This document shows, piece by piece, positions 24,802-36,508 of a stretch of DNA of 64,000 nt. Positions within the stretch are counted from its first letter, which is position 1, and every line of letters starts with the position of its first letter. The notes beneath the pieces are model-generated. The model was not told where the DNA came from and made no database searches. It saw only the letters and a list, made by a program, of their open reading frames with translations. The stretch comes from Candidatus Eiseniibacteriota bacterium (GTDB taxonomy: Bacteria; Eisenbacteria; RBG-16-71-46; DASYSL01). The position numbers and the translations under genes are program-made. Location: contig JANPEF010000045.1 in NCBI GenBank assembly GCA_031431875.1, positions 11,912-75,911 on the forward strand, written 5' to 3'.

Positions 24802-24829
24802 CGGGGGGCTCGCTCGAGCGGGCCCCCCG
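24802..24829 (+). terminator. Hairpin terminator after paralog 2
   Basis: CGGGGGGCTCGCT / AGCGGGCCCCCCG followed by TTCTCGTTT. Confidence 0.6.
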
Positions 24830-24862
24830 TTCTCGTTTCGGCTCGGATGCAGGAGGACGACG

Positions 24863-25483
24863 TTGAACCTGACGCAGGTCGACTTCTCGAACTACTGGGT
24901 GATGATCACCTACGCGGCCGCCGGCATCGCGCTGGCCGCCACCGCGGGCATGCGTGCGTTCCTGCCGCTGCTCGTCCTGGGCATCGCCGCGCGGATGGGC
25001 CGCTTCGAGATCGGCGCGGGCTACCACTGGCTGTCGACGGACATGGCGCTGATCACCTTCGGCATCGCCGTCGTCGCCGAGACGCTGGCCGACAAGATCC
25101 CGCTGGTCGACCACGCGCTCGACACCGTGCAGACCATCGTCAAGCCCGCGGTGGGCACGATCGTCGCCGCGGCGATGTTCGTGCAGCTGTCGCCGTTCCA
25201 CGCCACGCTGCTCGGCCTCGCGGTCGGCGGAACCGTGGCCACGGGCGTGCACCTGGCCAAGGCCAAGGCGCGCGCGCTGTCGACGCTGACCACGGGGACG
25301 ATGCTCAACCCGATCCTGTCGTTCATCGAGGACGTGGTCTCGACCGTGATCGCCGTCGTCGCCGTGCTGGCGCCGGTCCTCGCGTTGCTGTTCATCGCGG
25401 CGATCTTCGGTTTTGCGTTCGATCGACTGCACAAGCGCTACATCGCGGGCCCGCCGGCCTCGCCGCCCCCACGGCCGGTGTGA
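24863..25483 (+). CDS. DUF4126-family membrane protein
   Basis: GIALAATAGMRAFLPLL, ETLADKIPLVDHALD, NPILSFIED. Confidence 0.85.
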   Translation: MNLTQVDFSNYWVMITYAAAGIALAATAGMRAFLPLLVLGIAARMGRFEIGAGYHWLSTDMALITFGIAVVAETLADKIPLVDHALDTVQTIVKPAVGTIVAAAMFVQLSPFHATLLGLAVGGTVATGVHLAKAKARALSTLTTGTMLNPILSFIEDVVSTVIAVVAVLAPVLALLFIAAIFGFAFDRLHKRYIAGPPASPPPRPV

Positions 25484-26151
25484 GCCCGATCCCGGGCGCT
25501 TCGAATTCGGCACGAGCCGCGGGTGTCGAGGCGACGAGCACCGCGTTGCTGGTCCTTGCCATCGTGGGATCCGGGATCATGGGCGAGCGATTGGCCGCTG
25601 GGAACGCCGCGCTCGCCTTGCTCGCCAACGCCATCGCAACGGGCTGTGCACTGTTCGCGCTCATCACGGTTTTCGGCCCAGTTTCGGGTGCGCACATGAA
25701 TCCGCTGGTCACCCTGCGCGAGGCCGTCGACCGCCGCCTCGGGTTCCTTGAAGCCGGGAGCCGCATTGTCGCCCAGGTCTTCGGCGGTGTCGTCGGTTGT
25801 GTCCTCGCCAACGTCCTCTTCGGCCTGCCGCCGATCACGGCGGCGACGACCGCGCGCGCCGGGATTCTCCTGTTCGCCAGCGAGGTTGTCGCAACCTTCG
25901 CCCTGGTGACGATCGTGGCCGGCATGGCGGGACGCCCGGCGCACGTCACGGGCGCGGTCATCGGCGCGTGGATCACGGGGGCGTACTGGTTCACCTCGTC
26001 CACGTCGTTCGCCAATCCAGCGGTCACCATCGCGCGCTCAGCGACCGACACCTTCACCGGCATCTGCCCGCACGACGTGCCCGGTTTTCTCCTCGCCCAG
26101 GGGGTCGGCGCCGCACTGGCGATCCCGCTCGCCCGGAGATGGTTTCGATGA
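25480..26151 (+). CDS. MIP/aquaporin-family channel (AqpS-like, arsenic-associated)
   Basis: GSGIMGERL, SGAHMNPLVT, YWFTSSTSFANPAVTIAR. GTG start overlaps the DUF4126 stop. Confidence 0.85.
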   Translation: MSPIPGASNSARAAGVEATSTALLVLAIVGSGIMGERLAAGNAALALLANAIATGCALFALITVFGPVSGAHMNPLVTLREAVDRRLGFLEAGSRIVAQVFGGVVGCVLANVLFGLPPITAATTARAGILLFASEVVATFALVTIVAGMAGRPAHVTGAVIGAWITGAYWFTSSTSFANPAVTIARSATDTFTGICPHDVPGFLLAQGVGAALAIPLARRWFR

Positions 26152-26573
26152 CGATGGTCCTCTTCGCCTGCACGCACAACGCCGGACGCTCGCAGATGGC
26201 GGCCGCGTTCTTCACCGCGCTGGCCGACCGCGAGCATGTCCGGGCGATCTCTGCCGGAACCGCACCCGGCCCGCGCGTCCATCCGGTCGTCGCGGCGGCG
26301 ATGCTCGAGGTCGGAATCGACCTGCGAACCGCCGAACCGCGGTTGCTCACGCCCGAGCTGGCCACGAGCGCATCGCTGCTGGTGACGATGGGCTGCGGCG
26401 AGACGTGTCCGTACATCCCGGGACTCGAGGTCGAGGACTGGGCGCTGCCCGACCCGAAAGACCTCCCCCTCACCGAGGTCCGCGTCATTCGCGACACGAT
26501 CCGCGATCGGGTTGCCGCCCTCGTCACGGCGCGCGGCTGGGCCCGTATCCCTCGCATGGAGGCCACGCCATGA
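26148..26573 (+). CDS. arsC: Arsenate reductase, LMW-PTP fold
   Basis: LFACTHNAGRSQMA, SAGT, TMGCGETCP, DWALPDP. Confidence 0.9.
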   Translation: MTMVLFACTHNAGRSQMAAAFFTALADREHVRAISAGTAPGPRVHPVVAAAMLEVGIDLRTAEPRLLTPELATSASLLVTMGCGETCPYIPGLEVEDWALPDPKDLPLTEVRVIRDTIRDRVAALVTARGWARIPRMEATP

Positions 26574-26905
26574 GCGACGTCCACTACTGCGCGCACGACC
26601 TGTCCCAGTTCGGCACCATCGGCGACCACGCCCCGGCGCTGGCCCAGAAGTTCTTCGCCTGGTACGACGCGGTGTTCGCCGAGGGCGCGCTGTCGGCGCG
26701 CGAGAAATCCATGATCGCGCTGGCGGTGGCGCACGCGGTGCAGTGCCCCTACTGCATCGAGGCCTACAGCAAGGACGCGCTGGCGAAGGGCGCCGACCTC
26801 GAGCAGATGACCGAGGCGGTGCACGTGTCGGCGGCGATCCGCGGGGGCGCCTCGCTGGTCCACGGCGTCCAGATGCGCCGCCACGCCGACAAGCTCGCGC
26901 TCTGA
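26570..26905 (+). CDS. Arsenosugar-associated peroxidase-like CMD/AhpD protein
   Basis: EGALSAREKSMIALAVAHAVQCPYC...AIRGGASLVHGVQM; adjacent to arsS. Confidence 0.85.
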   Translation: MSDVHYCAHDLSQFGTIGDHAPALAQKFFAWYDAVFAEGALSAREKSMIALAVAHAVQCPYCIEAYSKDALAKGADLEQMTEAVHVSAAIRGGASLVHGVQMRRHADKLAL

Positions 26906-26907
26906 GC

Positions 26908-27981
26908 GTGGCCGCTGTCGCGTCCCCGGCGCTGCGCTCGCTGCACGCGCGGCGCGCCCCCCTGGCCGCCGCCGCCGCGCAACGCGCCACGCTCGCGGCC
27001 CTGCCGCTGCCGCGCACGTTCGCCCAGGCGCTGGCGACGCGCGGCCTCGCGCCGCTCAGGCCCACGCGCATCGAGATCTTCCAGGTCAACGTCGGCAAGG
27101 TGTGCAACCAGGCCTGCCGGCATTGCCACGTCGACGCGGGGCCCGACCGCCGCGAGGCGATGAGCGCATCGACGATGGAGGAGTGCCTCGCCGCACTCGC
27201 GGCCACGGACATCCCCACGGTCGACATCACCGGCGGCGCGCCCGAGCTGTGGCCGCACTTCCGCCGGTTCGTCGAGCGCTGCCGCGGGCTCGGCCGGCAC
27301 GTCATCGACCGCTGCAACCTGACCGTGCTCGAGACGGCCGCGCACCACGACCTGCCCGCGTTCTTCGCCCGGCACGAGGTCGAGGTCGTGTGCTCGCTGC
27401 CGCACTACCGCGCGCTCGCCACCGACCGGCAGCGCGGCGCCGGCGTCTACGAGCAGTCGATCGCGGCGCTCCGGCGGCTCAATGCGGTGGGCTACGGCGC
27501 GGGCGACCCGGCACGGCGGCTGGTGCTGGTGACCAATCCGGTGGGCGCGTTCCTGCCCGGCGCGCAGGCGGCGCTCGAGGTGGAGTGGAAGCGCGAGCTC
27601 GAGCGCGCGCACGGCGTGCGCTTCGATGCGCTGTACACGCTGGCGAACCTGCCGATCTCCCGCTTCCTCGAGTGGCTGGTCGACAGCGATAACCTCGCCG
27701 GCTACATGGCGCAACTGGTCGCGGCCTACAACCCCGCGGCGGCGGCGGGCGTGATGTGCCGGAACACGATCTCGGTGGGCTGGGACGGACGCCTGTTCGA
27801 TTGCGACTTCAACCAGATGCTCGAGTTGGGCGTCGACGCCGCGCCGGGCGTGCCCGCGCACGTGCGCGACTTCGCGCGCAGCGCGCTCGAGGCGCGGACG
27901 ATCGTGACGGGACCGCACTGCTTCGGCTGCACGGCGGGCGCCGGCTCGAGCTGCGGCGGTGCGACGACCCCGGTGGGTTAG
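26908..27981 (+). CDS. arsS: Arsenosugar-biosynthesis radical SAM protein ArsS (DUF3641 C-terminus)
   Basis: QVNVGKVCNQACRHCHVDAGP, DITGGAPE, MCRNTISVGWDG, DCDFNQM, HCFGCTAGAGSSCGG. Confidence 0.9.
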   Translation: MAAVASPALRSLHARRAPLAAAAAQRATLAALPLPRTFAQALATRGLAPLRPTRIEIFQVNVGKVCNQACRHCHVDAGPDRREAMSASTMEECLAALAATDIPTVDITGGAPELWPHFRRFVERCRGLGRHVIDRCNLTVLETAAHHDLPAFFARHEVEVVCSLPHYRALATDRQRGAGVYEQSIAALRRLNAVGYGAGDPARRLVLVTNPVGAFLPGAQAALEVEWKRELERAHGVRFDALYTLANLPISRFLEWLVDSDNLAGYMAQLVAAYNPAAAAGVMCRNTISVGWDGRLFDCDFNQMLELGVDAAPGVPAHVRDFARSALEARTIVTGPHCFGCTAGAGSSCGGATTPVG

Positions 27982-28916
27982 GGCGTCGCGGGAGCCTCGG
28001 CCCGCGCGGCCCTGGCGGTGGCCTCCGCCGTGCGCCGGTGTTCCTCCTCCATCATGCCGGTGAGGGCGAGGTAGAGCAGGACGTTGAGGATCACGCCGTT
28101 GATCGCCCAGAACTGCGCGGTGTAGAAGTGCCCCACCTGCACGACCAGCAACGAGACCGCGAGGGAGCGCTGGAACCAGCGGTACGCGGCGATCCGCGAG
28201 CGACGAAAGCGGATCCAGCCCAGCCAGACCATCCCCGCCTCGACGACCGTCCCCGCCGCCTGCACCCACGACACCCCGAGGTCGCGCGTGCGCACGTCGG
28301 CCACGACCGCCGCGACGGACGCCAGGTTGACCACCGCGAGCAGCAGGAACCAGCCCGAGAGCACGCGCGCGAATCCGCGACGACGGACGAGGCGGCGGTA
28401 GCCCTGGGCGATCGCGGCGCGGGCGGCCAGGTACGACTGGGTGATCGCGCCGGCGCCGGCGGCAGGTGGGACCAGCAGCGCGCGGAGCGCCGTGTTCACC
28501 CCCTGTTCGCGGACATCGAGCGGCAGGCTCGTCCGCAGCCAGCGCGCGAATCCCCACAGCCCCAGGAACAGCACGTAGAGAATGGCCGCGGTCGGCTTGA
28601 AGAAGTAGTCGTTGTCGTTGGTGATGAATTTTCCCAACTCGTCGATGAAGAAGCCGAAACCGATTCCTGCGATCACCGCGGCGAGGCGGCGCATCGCCGG
28701 GTTCCAGAACACGAGCAGAAGCGTGATCGCCGCGAGCATGAACAGGCCGCCCCACAGCATGTGGGCGATGTGCAGGTTGCCGCCGCCGATCTGCGGGTAG
28801 CCCGTGAGGTGGAGCACGGCGCGAATGCCCAGCACCGTGGCGACGGCGAAGAAGAGAAGGAGCTCGAAGGCCTCGTCGCCCTCGCTGTCGCGAACCAGGT
28901 CGAGGGCGCGCGCCAT
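27978..28916 (-). CDS. Multi-pass membrane protein
   Basis: ATG 28916; TGYPQIGGGNLHIAHMLWGG, GFGFFIDELGKFIT; several TM segments. Confidence 0.75.
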   Translation of the reverse strand: MARALDLVRDSEGDEAFELLLFFAVATVLGIRAVLHLTGYPQIGGGNLHIAHMLWGGLFMLAAITLLLVFWNPAMRRLAAVIAGIGFGFFIDELGKFITNDNDYFFKPTAAILYVLFLGLWGFARWLRTSLPLDVREQGVNTALRALLVPPAAGAGAITQSYLAARAAIAQGYRRLVRRRGFARVLSGWFLLLAVVNLASVAAVVADVRTRDLGVSWVQAAGTVVEAGMVWLGWIRFRRSRIAAYRWFQRSLAVSLLVVQVGHFYTAQFWAINGVILNVLLYLALTGMMEEEHRRTAEATARAARAEAPATP

Positions 28917-29311
28917 CAGCTCGTGCGGTCGGGCCCGCCCGTTTCGCTCGCCAGCCAGGCTTCGGCCTCGGCCAGCTCGCGGAACGCCTCGATGCGGATG
29001 CCGATCAGGCCGGTGAGGCCGGAGATCGTCCGCGCGATTCCATAGCGCAGCAGGTCGGGAACGAGGATGGCGATCGGCCCGACGTACGACGCCTTGAGTT
29101 CGTCGAACCCGTTGCGCATGACGATCAGGTCCTCGAAGCTGGCGACGTACTCGAGCTCGCGCATGTCGGCGAGGATGCCGAACGTCGGATCGTTGGTGGG
29201 CTCGGCGGCGAGCCGGCGCATGGTCTCCATCGTCTCGCCGATGTCGGGCGAGCCGATCCCGCACACGATGACGCGGCGGCGCTCCGGCTGGATGTCGATG
29301 GTGTACGGCAT
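28916..29311 (-). CDS. STAS/SpoIIAA-like small protein
   Basis: ILADMRE...IAIL...FRELAEAEAWL pattern; translationally coupled on both sides. Confidence 0.65.
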   Translation of the reverse strand: MPYTIDIQPERRRVIVCGIGSPDIGETMETMRRLAAEPTNDPTFGILADMRELEYVASFEDLIVMRNGFDELKASYVGPIAILVPDLLRYGIARTISGLTGLIGIRIEAFRELAEAEAWLASETGGPDRTS

Positions 29312-29927
29312 CAGTGGAACATCCCCCTCACCCGGGCGTGGTTGGCGCGCAGCGCGCGCACTTCCTGTGGTGTCACCGCGATGAGCACGCCATTGACGCT
29401 CTTGCGCGCGGCGAGGACGTCGCCGGCGCCGTCGAACATCACCTCGACCGCGAGCGTGTCATTGCCGGCTGCCGGAGCATCGGTGCGCGCGCGGACGGAG
29501 TTTTCGCGGACCAGCGCCAGGTCGGCGTTGCGGGGCCGCGTGTGATCGAGGTAATAGACACGCTCGGCGCGGCCGTGATCGCCCTGGTCCAGGGACTCAT
29601 CGATGCGCAGCGGGCGCACGAGCGAGTCGCCGAACGCCAGCCCGCCGCGCCCCAGCTCGTAGACGCGCGCCGAGGTGACCGCGTCGCCATGCGTTCCCTG
29701 CACCGTCCACTGGGCGGCGCGGCCGGCGATGCGGCCGTCGATCGAGTCGGCCCGCGCCGCCCACGGCACGGCGGCCAGGGTCGAGGCGAGCACTCGCGTG
29801 TCGTCCTGGCGGCGGCGCGCGAGATCGCGCTCGCTACGGCGGCGGGCCGTGTCCGCGACGGCGTAGACGATGCTGGTCACCAGGGCGGGAATTGCGACGA
29901 GCCAGAACACGAGACGCGCCTTCCGCA

Positions 29928-29928
<1 letters not shown>
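29311..29928 (-). CDS. Membrane-anchored hypothetical protein
   Basis: N-terminal TM helix; TGATG overlaps with both neighbours. Confidence 0.6.
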
Positions 29929-31229
<1,301 letters not shown>

Positions 31230-31428
31230 GTGGTCAGCATCGCCCTGCGGGGGCCGGGCGTCAACGGCGTGTCGCAGACGTGTCGCAGGCGGGGGCACCG
31301 GAGGTCCGCCGCCCGCCTTGCCCGTGAGGGCGTCGCAGGCTAGACTGCGGCTGTCCGGCGGGTCCTGGCCCGCCCCCTCGAACCCTGCCCCGTACGCCTG
31401 TTTTCGCGTCCGCTCTCACGGAGGAAGC

Positions 31429-32283
31429 TTGTCCCTCGAACGGATCTCCGTGCTCGGGGCCGGCATCATGGGCCGCGGCATCGCCTATGCCGCCGCCGTC
31501 GCCGGCTACGACACCACGCTCTACGACGCGTCCCCCGCCGCCCTCGAGACGGGTGCGGCCGAGATCAAGGCGCTGATGGACAAGGGCGTCGCCGCGGGCA
31601 AGCTGGCCGCCGACGTGCGCGGCCGCGTCCGGCTCGCCACGCACGCCGGGCTGTCCGAGGCGGCGGACGGCGCGGGCCTGGTGATCGAGGCGATCCCCGA
31701 GAACATGAAGCTCAAGTGCGACACGTTCGCCAGACTCGACGCGCTCACGGGGCCGGCGACGATCCTCGCCACCAACACCTCGTCGCTGTCGATCACCGAG
31801 ATGGCCGGCGCGACGAAGCGGCCGGATCGCGTCGTCGGCATGCACTTCTTCAACCCGGTGCATCGCATGCGGCTGCTCGAGGTCGTGCGCGGGCTCGAGA
31901 CGTCGGAGGCCACGATCGAGGCCGCGAGCGTCGTCGGCATGCGCATGGGCAAGGAGTGTGTCGTCGTGCGCGAGGCGCCCGGGTTCGTCACCACGCGCGT
32001 CAACGCGCTGATCGGCAACGAGGCGTTCCGCATGCTCGAGGAGGGCGTGGCCACCGCGCCCGACATCGACAAGGCGCTGAAGCTGGGACTCAATCACCCG
32101 ATGGGGCCGTTCGAGCTGGTCGACCTGGTCGGCCTCGACACGCGGCTGTCGATCCTCACGTTCCTGCACGAGACGCTGGGCGAGCGCTACCGCCCGAACA
32201 ACCTCATGGTGCAGTACGTCAAGGCCGGGCGCCTGGGGCGCAAGACCGGCAAGGGCGTCTACGAATACGGCGAAGGAGCCTAG
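31429..32283 (+). CDS. 3-hydroxyacyl-CoA dehydrogenase
   Basis: TTG start after GGAGG; GAGIMGRGIA, EAIPE, TNTSSLS, GMHFFNPV, PMGPFEL. Confidence 0.93.
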   Translation: MSLERISVLGAGIMGRGIAYAAAVAGYDTTLYDASPAALETGAAEIKALMDKGVAAGKLAADVRGRVRLATHAGLSEAADGAGLVIEAIPENMKLKCDTFARLDALTGPATILATNTSSLSITEMAGATKRPDRVVGMHFFNPVHRMRLLEVVRGLETSEATIEAASVVGMRMGKECVVVREAPGFVTTRVNALIGNEAFRMLEEGVATAPDIDKALKLGLNHPMGPFELVDLVGLDTRLSILTFLHETLGERYRPNNLMVQYVKAGRLGRKTGKGVYEYGEGA

Positions 32284-32286
32284 AGC

Positions 32287-33786
32287 ATGGCCAGCGAAGC
32301 GACCCCCACGACGAGCGCCGCACCCACCGTGAAGCCCGGCCGCCTGTGGATCGGCGGCGAGTACGTCGACGCGCTCGACGGCGCCACGTTCACCATCACG
32401 AACCCCGCCACCGGCGAGGCGCTCACCACCTGCGCGCAGGCCGGCGCCGCCGACGTGGACCGCGCCGTCGCCGCGGCCGCCGCGGCGTTCCGCTCGAAGG
32501 CGTGGGCGCAGATGAGTGCGCTCGATCGCCAGCGCATCGTGTGGAACATCGGAGAGCGCATGCTGGCGCGGCTCGACGAGTTCGCCGTGGCCGAGACGCT
32601 GTGCAACGGCAAGCCGATCTTCGAGTCGAAGTACATCGACGTGCCCGACGCCGCCAAGTGCTTCCAGTACTACGCCGGATGGGTGACGAAGATCGCCGGC
32701 CAGACGCTGCCGCTGTCGACCGGCCCGTTCCTCAATTACACGCGCCGCGAGCCGCTGGGCGTCGTCGGCGCGATCGTGGCGTGGAACTTCCCGATCCTGC
32801 TCGCCGCGTGGAAGGTCGCGCCCGCGCTGGCTGCGGGCAACACGGTCGTCTTGAAGCCCGCCGAGTTCACGCCGCTCACCGCGCTCCTGCTCGCCGAGTG
32901 CGCGAAGGAAGCCGGGCTGCCCGACGGCGTGCTCAACGTCATCCCGGGCAAGGGCTCGATCGCGGGCCAGGCACTGGTGACGCACAAGGACGTGGCGAAG
33001 ATCGCCTTCACCGGCTCGACCGAAGTGGGCCAGGGCATCGTCCGCGCCAGCGTCGACACGGTGAAGAAGGTGCAGATGGAGCTGGGCGGCAAGAGCGCCA
33101 ACGTGATCTTCGCCGACGCCGACATCGACGCCGCCGTGCGCGGCGCCGCGGGCGGCATCTTCTACGGCAAGGGCGAGGTGTGTGCCGCCGGCTCGCGCCT
33201 GCTGGTCGAGCGCTCGGTCTACGACACCGTTGTCGCCAAGCTCAAGGAGCGCGCCGAGAAGACGCCCCCGGGCGACCCCATGAACCCCAAGACGCGGCTG
33301 GGTGCGCAGGTGCGCGAGTCGCACCTGCAGAGCATCCTGGGCTACGTCGAGAAGGGCAAGGCCGAGGGCGCCACGTTGGTCGCCGGCGGTTCGCGCGCGG
33401 CAATCGACGGCAAGGGCGCGTTCATGCAGGCGACGGTCTTCGCCGACGTCACCAACACGATGACCATCGCGCGCGAGGAGATCTTCGGGCCGGTGCTCGC
33501 CGTGATCCCGTTCGACGGCGAGGATGAGGCGATCGCGATCGCCAACGACTCGCCGTACGGTCTCGCCGCCGGCGTGTGGACGCGCGACATCAAGCGCGGG
33601 CACCGCACCGCGCACCGCCTCGAAGCGGGTACGGTGTGGATCAACGCCTACAACCGCTACGACACGGCGACGCCGTTCGGCGGCTACAAGCAGAGCGGGT
33701 TCGGCCGCGACATGGGCCCCGAGGCGCTCGACGGCTACCTGCAGACGAAGTCGGTGTGGGTGGACTTGAGCGAGGACAAGGCTTGA
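32287..33786 (+). CDS. Aldehyde dehydrogenase
   Basis: WNFP, LKPAE, FTGST, ELGGKS, catalytic Cys in [23 protein letters not shown]. Confidence 0.95.
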   Translation: MASEATPTTSAAPTVKPGRLWIGGEYVDALDGATFTITNPATGEALTTCAQAGAADVDRAVAAAAAAFRSKAWAQMSALDRQRIVWNIGERMLARLDEFAVAETLCNGKPIFESKYIDVPDAAKCFQYYAGWVTKIAGQTLPLSTGPFLNYTRREPLGVVGAIVAWNFPILLAAWKVAPALAAGNTVVLKPAEFTPLTALLLAECAKEAGLPDGVLNVIPGKGSIAGQALVTHKDVAKIAFTGSTEVGQGIVRASVDTVKKVQMELGGKSANVIFADADIDAAVRGAAGGIFYGKGEVCAAGSRLLVERSVYDTVVAKLKERAEKTPPGDPMNPKTRLGAQVRESHLQSILGYVEKGKAEGATLVAGGSRAAIDGKGAFMQATVFADVTNTMTIAREEIFGPVLAVIPFDGEDEAIAIANDSPYGLAAGVWTRDIKRGHRTAHRLEAGTVWINAYNRYDTATPFGGYKQSGFGRDMGPEALDGYLQTKSVWVDLSEDKA

Positions 33787-34976
33787 ACGGGCACGGCCGC
33801 GGCGTCGTCCTCGCCGGAGCCGTCCGCTCGCCGATCGGCAAGTTCGGTGGCGCGCTGGCGGGCGTGCATGTCGCGGACCTTGGCGCGCACGTCGCGCGCG
33901 AGGCGATCCTGCGCGCCGGGCTGACGGCCGCGCAGGTCGACGAGACCATCGTCGGCCACGCGCGTCAGGCGGGCAACGGGCCGAACGTGGCGCGGCAGGT
34001 CGCGCACTTCGCAGGCGTGCCCGACGCGAAACCGGCGTACACGATCAACCAGGCGTGCGCATCGGGATTGCAGGCGATCGTCTCGGGCGCGCGAGCCGTG
34101 GCGCTGGGCGACTCGGATGTCGTGCTCGCCGCGGGCGTCGAGAACATGTCGGCGATCCCGTTCCTGCTGCCCGACGAGCGTTGGGGTCGCAAGTTGGGGG
34201 ACATGCCGGTGGTCGACGCGATGTACCGCGACGGTTACCTGTGCCGGCTCTGCAACCAGGTCATGGGCGAGACGGCCGAGACGCTGGTCGAGCGCTACGG
34301 AATCTCGCGCGAGGCGCAGGATGCGTTCGCGCTCGAGTCGCACCGCCGCGCGTCGGCGGCGTGGGCCGAGGGGCGCTTCGCGGCCGAGATCGTCGCGATG
34401 CCGTACAAGGACGCGAAGCGGAACCCGGCGCTGCTCGAGCGCGACGAGGCGCCGCGGGCCGATACGACGCTCGAGGCGCTGGCCAAGCTGCCGCCCGTGT
34501 TCAAGCAGGGCGGCTCGGTCGGGGCGGGCAACGCGTCGGCGATCACGGACGGCGCGGCCGCGGTGATGGTGCTGGCGGAGGAGAAGGCCGCAGCACTCGG
34601 CGTCAAGCCGATGGCGCGGCTCGTCGCGGCGGTCTCGGCCGGCGTGGATGCGGCGGAAATGGGACTCGGTCCGGTCCCGGCGGTGCGCACGCTGCTCGAG
34701 CGCACCGGCCTGACGATGCAGGACATGGACCTGGTGGAACTCAACGAGGCGTTCGCCTCGCAGGTGATCGCCTGCGACCGCGAACTCGGGCTCGACCCGG
34801 CGCGCCTCAACGTGAACGGCGGCGCGATCGCGCTCGGGCATCCGACCGGATGCAGCGGCACCCGCATCGTGGTGACGTTGCTCCACGAGCTCGAGCGGCG
34901 GAAGGGCCGCTACGGTCTGGCCACGCTCTGCGTGAGCGGCGGACAGGGCATGGCCGTGCTGTTCGAACGGCTATAA
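33783..34976 (+). CDS. Acetyl-CoA C-acyltransferase (thiolase)
   Basis: [38 protein letters not shown] start overlaps the upstream stop. Confidence 0.95.
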   Translation: MNGHGRGVVLAGAVRSPIGKFGGALAGVHVADLGAHVAREAILRAGLTAAQVDETIVGHARQAGNGPNVARQVAHFAGVPDAKPAYTINQACASGLQAIVSGARAVALGDSDVVLAAGVENMSAIPFLLPDERWGRKLGDMPVVDAMYRDGYLCRLCNQVMGETAETLVERYGISREAQDAFALESHRRASAAWAEGRFAAEIVAMPYKDAKRNPALLERDEAPRADTTLEALAKLPPVFKQGGSVGAGNASAITDGAAAVMVLAEEKAAALGVKPMARLVAAVSAGVDAAEMGLGPVPAVRTLLERTGLTMQDMDLVELNEAFASQVIACDRELGLDPARLNVNGGAIALGHPTGCSGTRIVVTLLHELERRKGRYGLATLCVSGGQGMAVLFERL

Positions 34977-34994
34977 CGAAAGGGGTCGAGAACG

Positions 34995-35810
34995 ATGTCT
35001 TCGACGACGAGCGAGACGCGCAAGACGCTGGTGGACTACCGGAAGGACGGAGGGGTCGCGATCCTGACCTTGAACGATCCGCCGGCCAACACGTACACGC
35101 ACGAGATGATGCGGGACCTCGACGAGTGCATCGTCAAGGCGCGCTTCGATTCCGAGGTGCACGTGATCGTGATCACGGGCGCGGGCGAGAAGTTCTTCTG
35201 CGCCGGCGCGAACATCAACATGCTCCAGACGGTGGATCCGTATTTCAAGTACTTCTTCTGCCTGCACGCCAACGAGACGCTGACGCGCCTCGAGCAGACA
35301 CCCAAGCTGGTCATCGCCGCGCTCAACGGTCACTGCGTCGGCGGCGGCCTCGAGATCGCGATGGCGGCCGACATCCGCATCGCGCGTCGTGATGCGGGCA
35401 AGGTCGGTCTGCCCGAAGTGTCGCTCGGCGTTCTGCCGGGCACCGGCGGCACGCAGCGCCTGGTGCGCCTCGTCGGCAAGGCGAAGGCGATGGAACTGAT
35501 GATCACCGGCGAGACGTTCGGCTTCGACAAGGGCGCCGAGCTGGGCATCATCACCTCGATCTTCGACGGCGATGCCACGCAGTTCATGACCAAGATCATG
35601 GAGTACGCGCGCACCTACTGCCCGCCGAACAAGGCCGCCAAGGCCGTGGGCAACATCAAGCGCGCCGTGCAGTCCGGCGCCGAGGTGCCGTTCAGCGAGG
35701 CGCTGGCCATCGAGCGTGAGCTGCAGCAGCTCCTGTTCCAGAGCGAGGATGCGAAGGAAGGTCTCACCGCCTACGTCGAGAAGCGCAAGGCGGCGTTCAA
35801 GGCGAAGTAA
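34995..35810 (+). CDS. Crotonase-family enzyme resembling the N-terminal domain of BoxC
   Basis: FFCAGANINML...FCLHANETL, NGHCVGGGLE, LPEVSLGVLPGTGG. Confidence 0.85.
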   Translation: MSSTTSETRKTLVDYRKDGGVAILTLNDPPANTYTHEMMRDLDECIVKARFDSEVHVIVITGAGEKFFCAGANINMLQTVDPYFKYFFCLHANETLTRLEQTPKLVIAALNGHCVGGGLEIAMAADIRIARRDAGKVGLPEVSLGVLPGTGGTQRLVRLVGKAKAMELMITGETFGFDKGAELGIITSIFDGDATQFMTKIMEYARTYCPPNKAAKAVGNIKRAVQSGAEVPFSEALAIERELQQLLFQSEDAKEGLTAYVEKRKAAFKAK

Positions 35811-35825
35811 GCACTGCAAGTTCGG

Positions 35826-35850
35826 GCCCGCCCCCCATGCGGGGGCGGGC
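35826..35850 (+). terminator. Hairpin after the acyl-CoA operon
   Basis: GCCCGCCCCC-CATGC-GGGGGCGGGC. Confidence 0.55.
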
Positions 35851-35905
35851 GCCTGTTCCCGGGTTCGGCCCTCTCCCGGAAACCACACCCCTGCCGGAGG
35901 GCCGC

Positions 35906-36439
35906 ATGCGATTCCGTCGCGCGATATTCATCTGTACGATCCCCGCCCTGCTGTCTCTCACCGGATTCATTCCCGCCTTCGCTGCCGATGCCGCCACACC
36001 TGCCGTGCCAGGCACGCGTGTGCGCGTCTTCGCCACACCCCGTGCTCATCCGCTCACCGGAACATTGGATGGCGTGGACGCGACGTCGCTGCGCCTTGCG
36101 GGTGTTAAGGACCAGGGCCAGGTCGAGATCCTGCGCGCGTCGGTGACTCGCTTCGAGATGAGCCGCGGCAAGCAGGACTATCCCGTGCAGGGGCTCGTGT
36201 TCGGAATGATCGCCGGGGCGCTCGCCGGCACGGCGGTGGGACTCATCGCGGAGGATCTGCAAGGCTCCTCACAAGACTGCTTCGACTGCCTCCCCGGGGG
36301 CGGCGGCCTCTCCCCTGCGTACTACACGATCGGTTTCGGCGCCCTCGGAGGCGTGCTCGGACTGCTTGTCGGCGCCTCGATCGATCGTGACAAGTGGGCG
36401 CGGACGGACATTCCGGGGCCGGTCGGGGACGCGCGCTGA
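35906..36439 (+). CDS. Exported/membrane hypothetical protein with glycine-zipper-like helices
   Basis: GGAGG RBS, signal peptide, Gly-rich hydrophobic helices. Confidence 0.65.
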   Translation: MRFRRAIFICTIPALLSLTGFIPAFAADAATPAVPGTRVRVFATPRAHPLTGTLDGVDATSLRLAGVKDQGQVEILRASVTRFEMSRGKQDYPVQGLVFGMIAGALAGTAVGLIAEDLQGSSQDCFDCLPGGGGLSPAYYTIGFGALGGVLGLLVGASIDRDKWARTDIPGPVGDAR

Positions 36440-36508
36440 TCGGCGTTCGCCGATTGCCGCCGTAGATGTACGCTCGTTGCCACCGGGCGTGGCCCAGGAG
36501 GCGCGTCG

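Noticed and set aside
26908..27981. Selenoprotein form of ArsS
   Set aside because: The frame is open with no in-frame TGA and ends in TAG.
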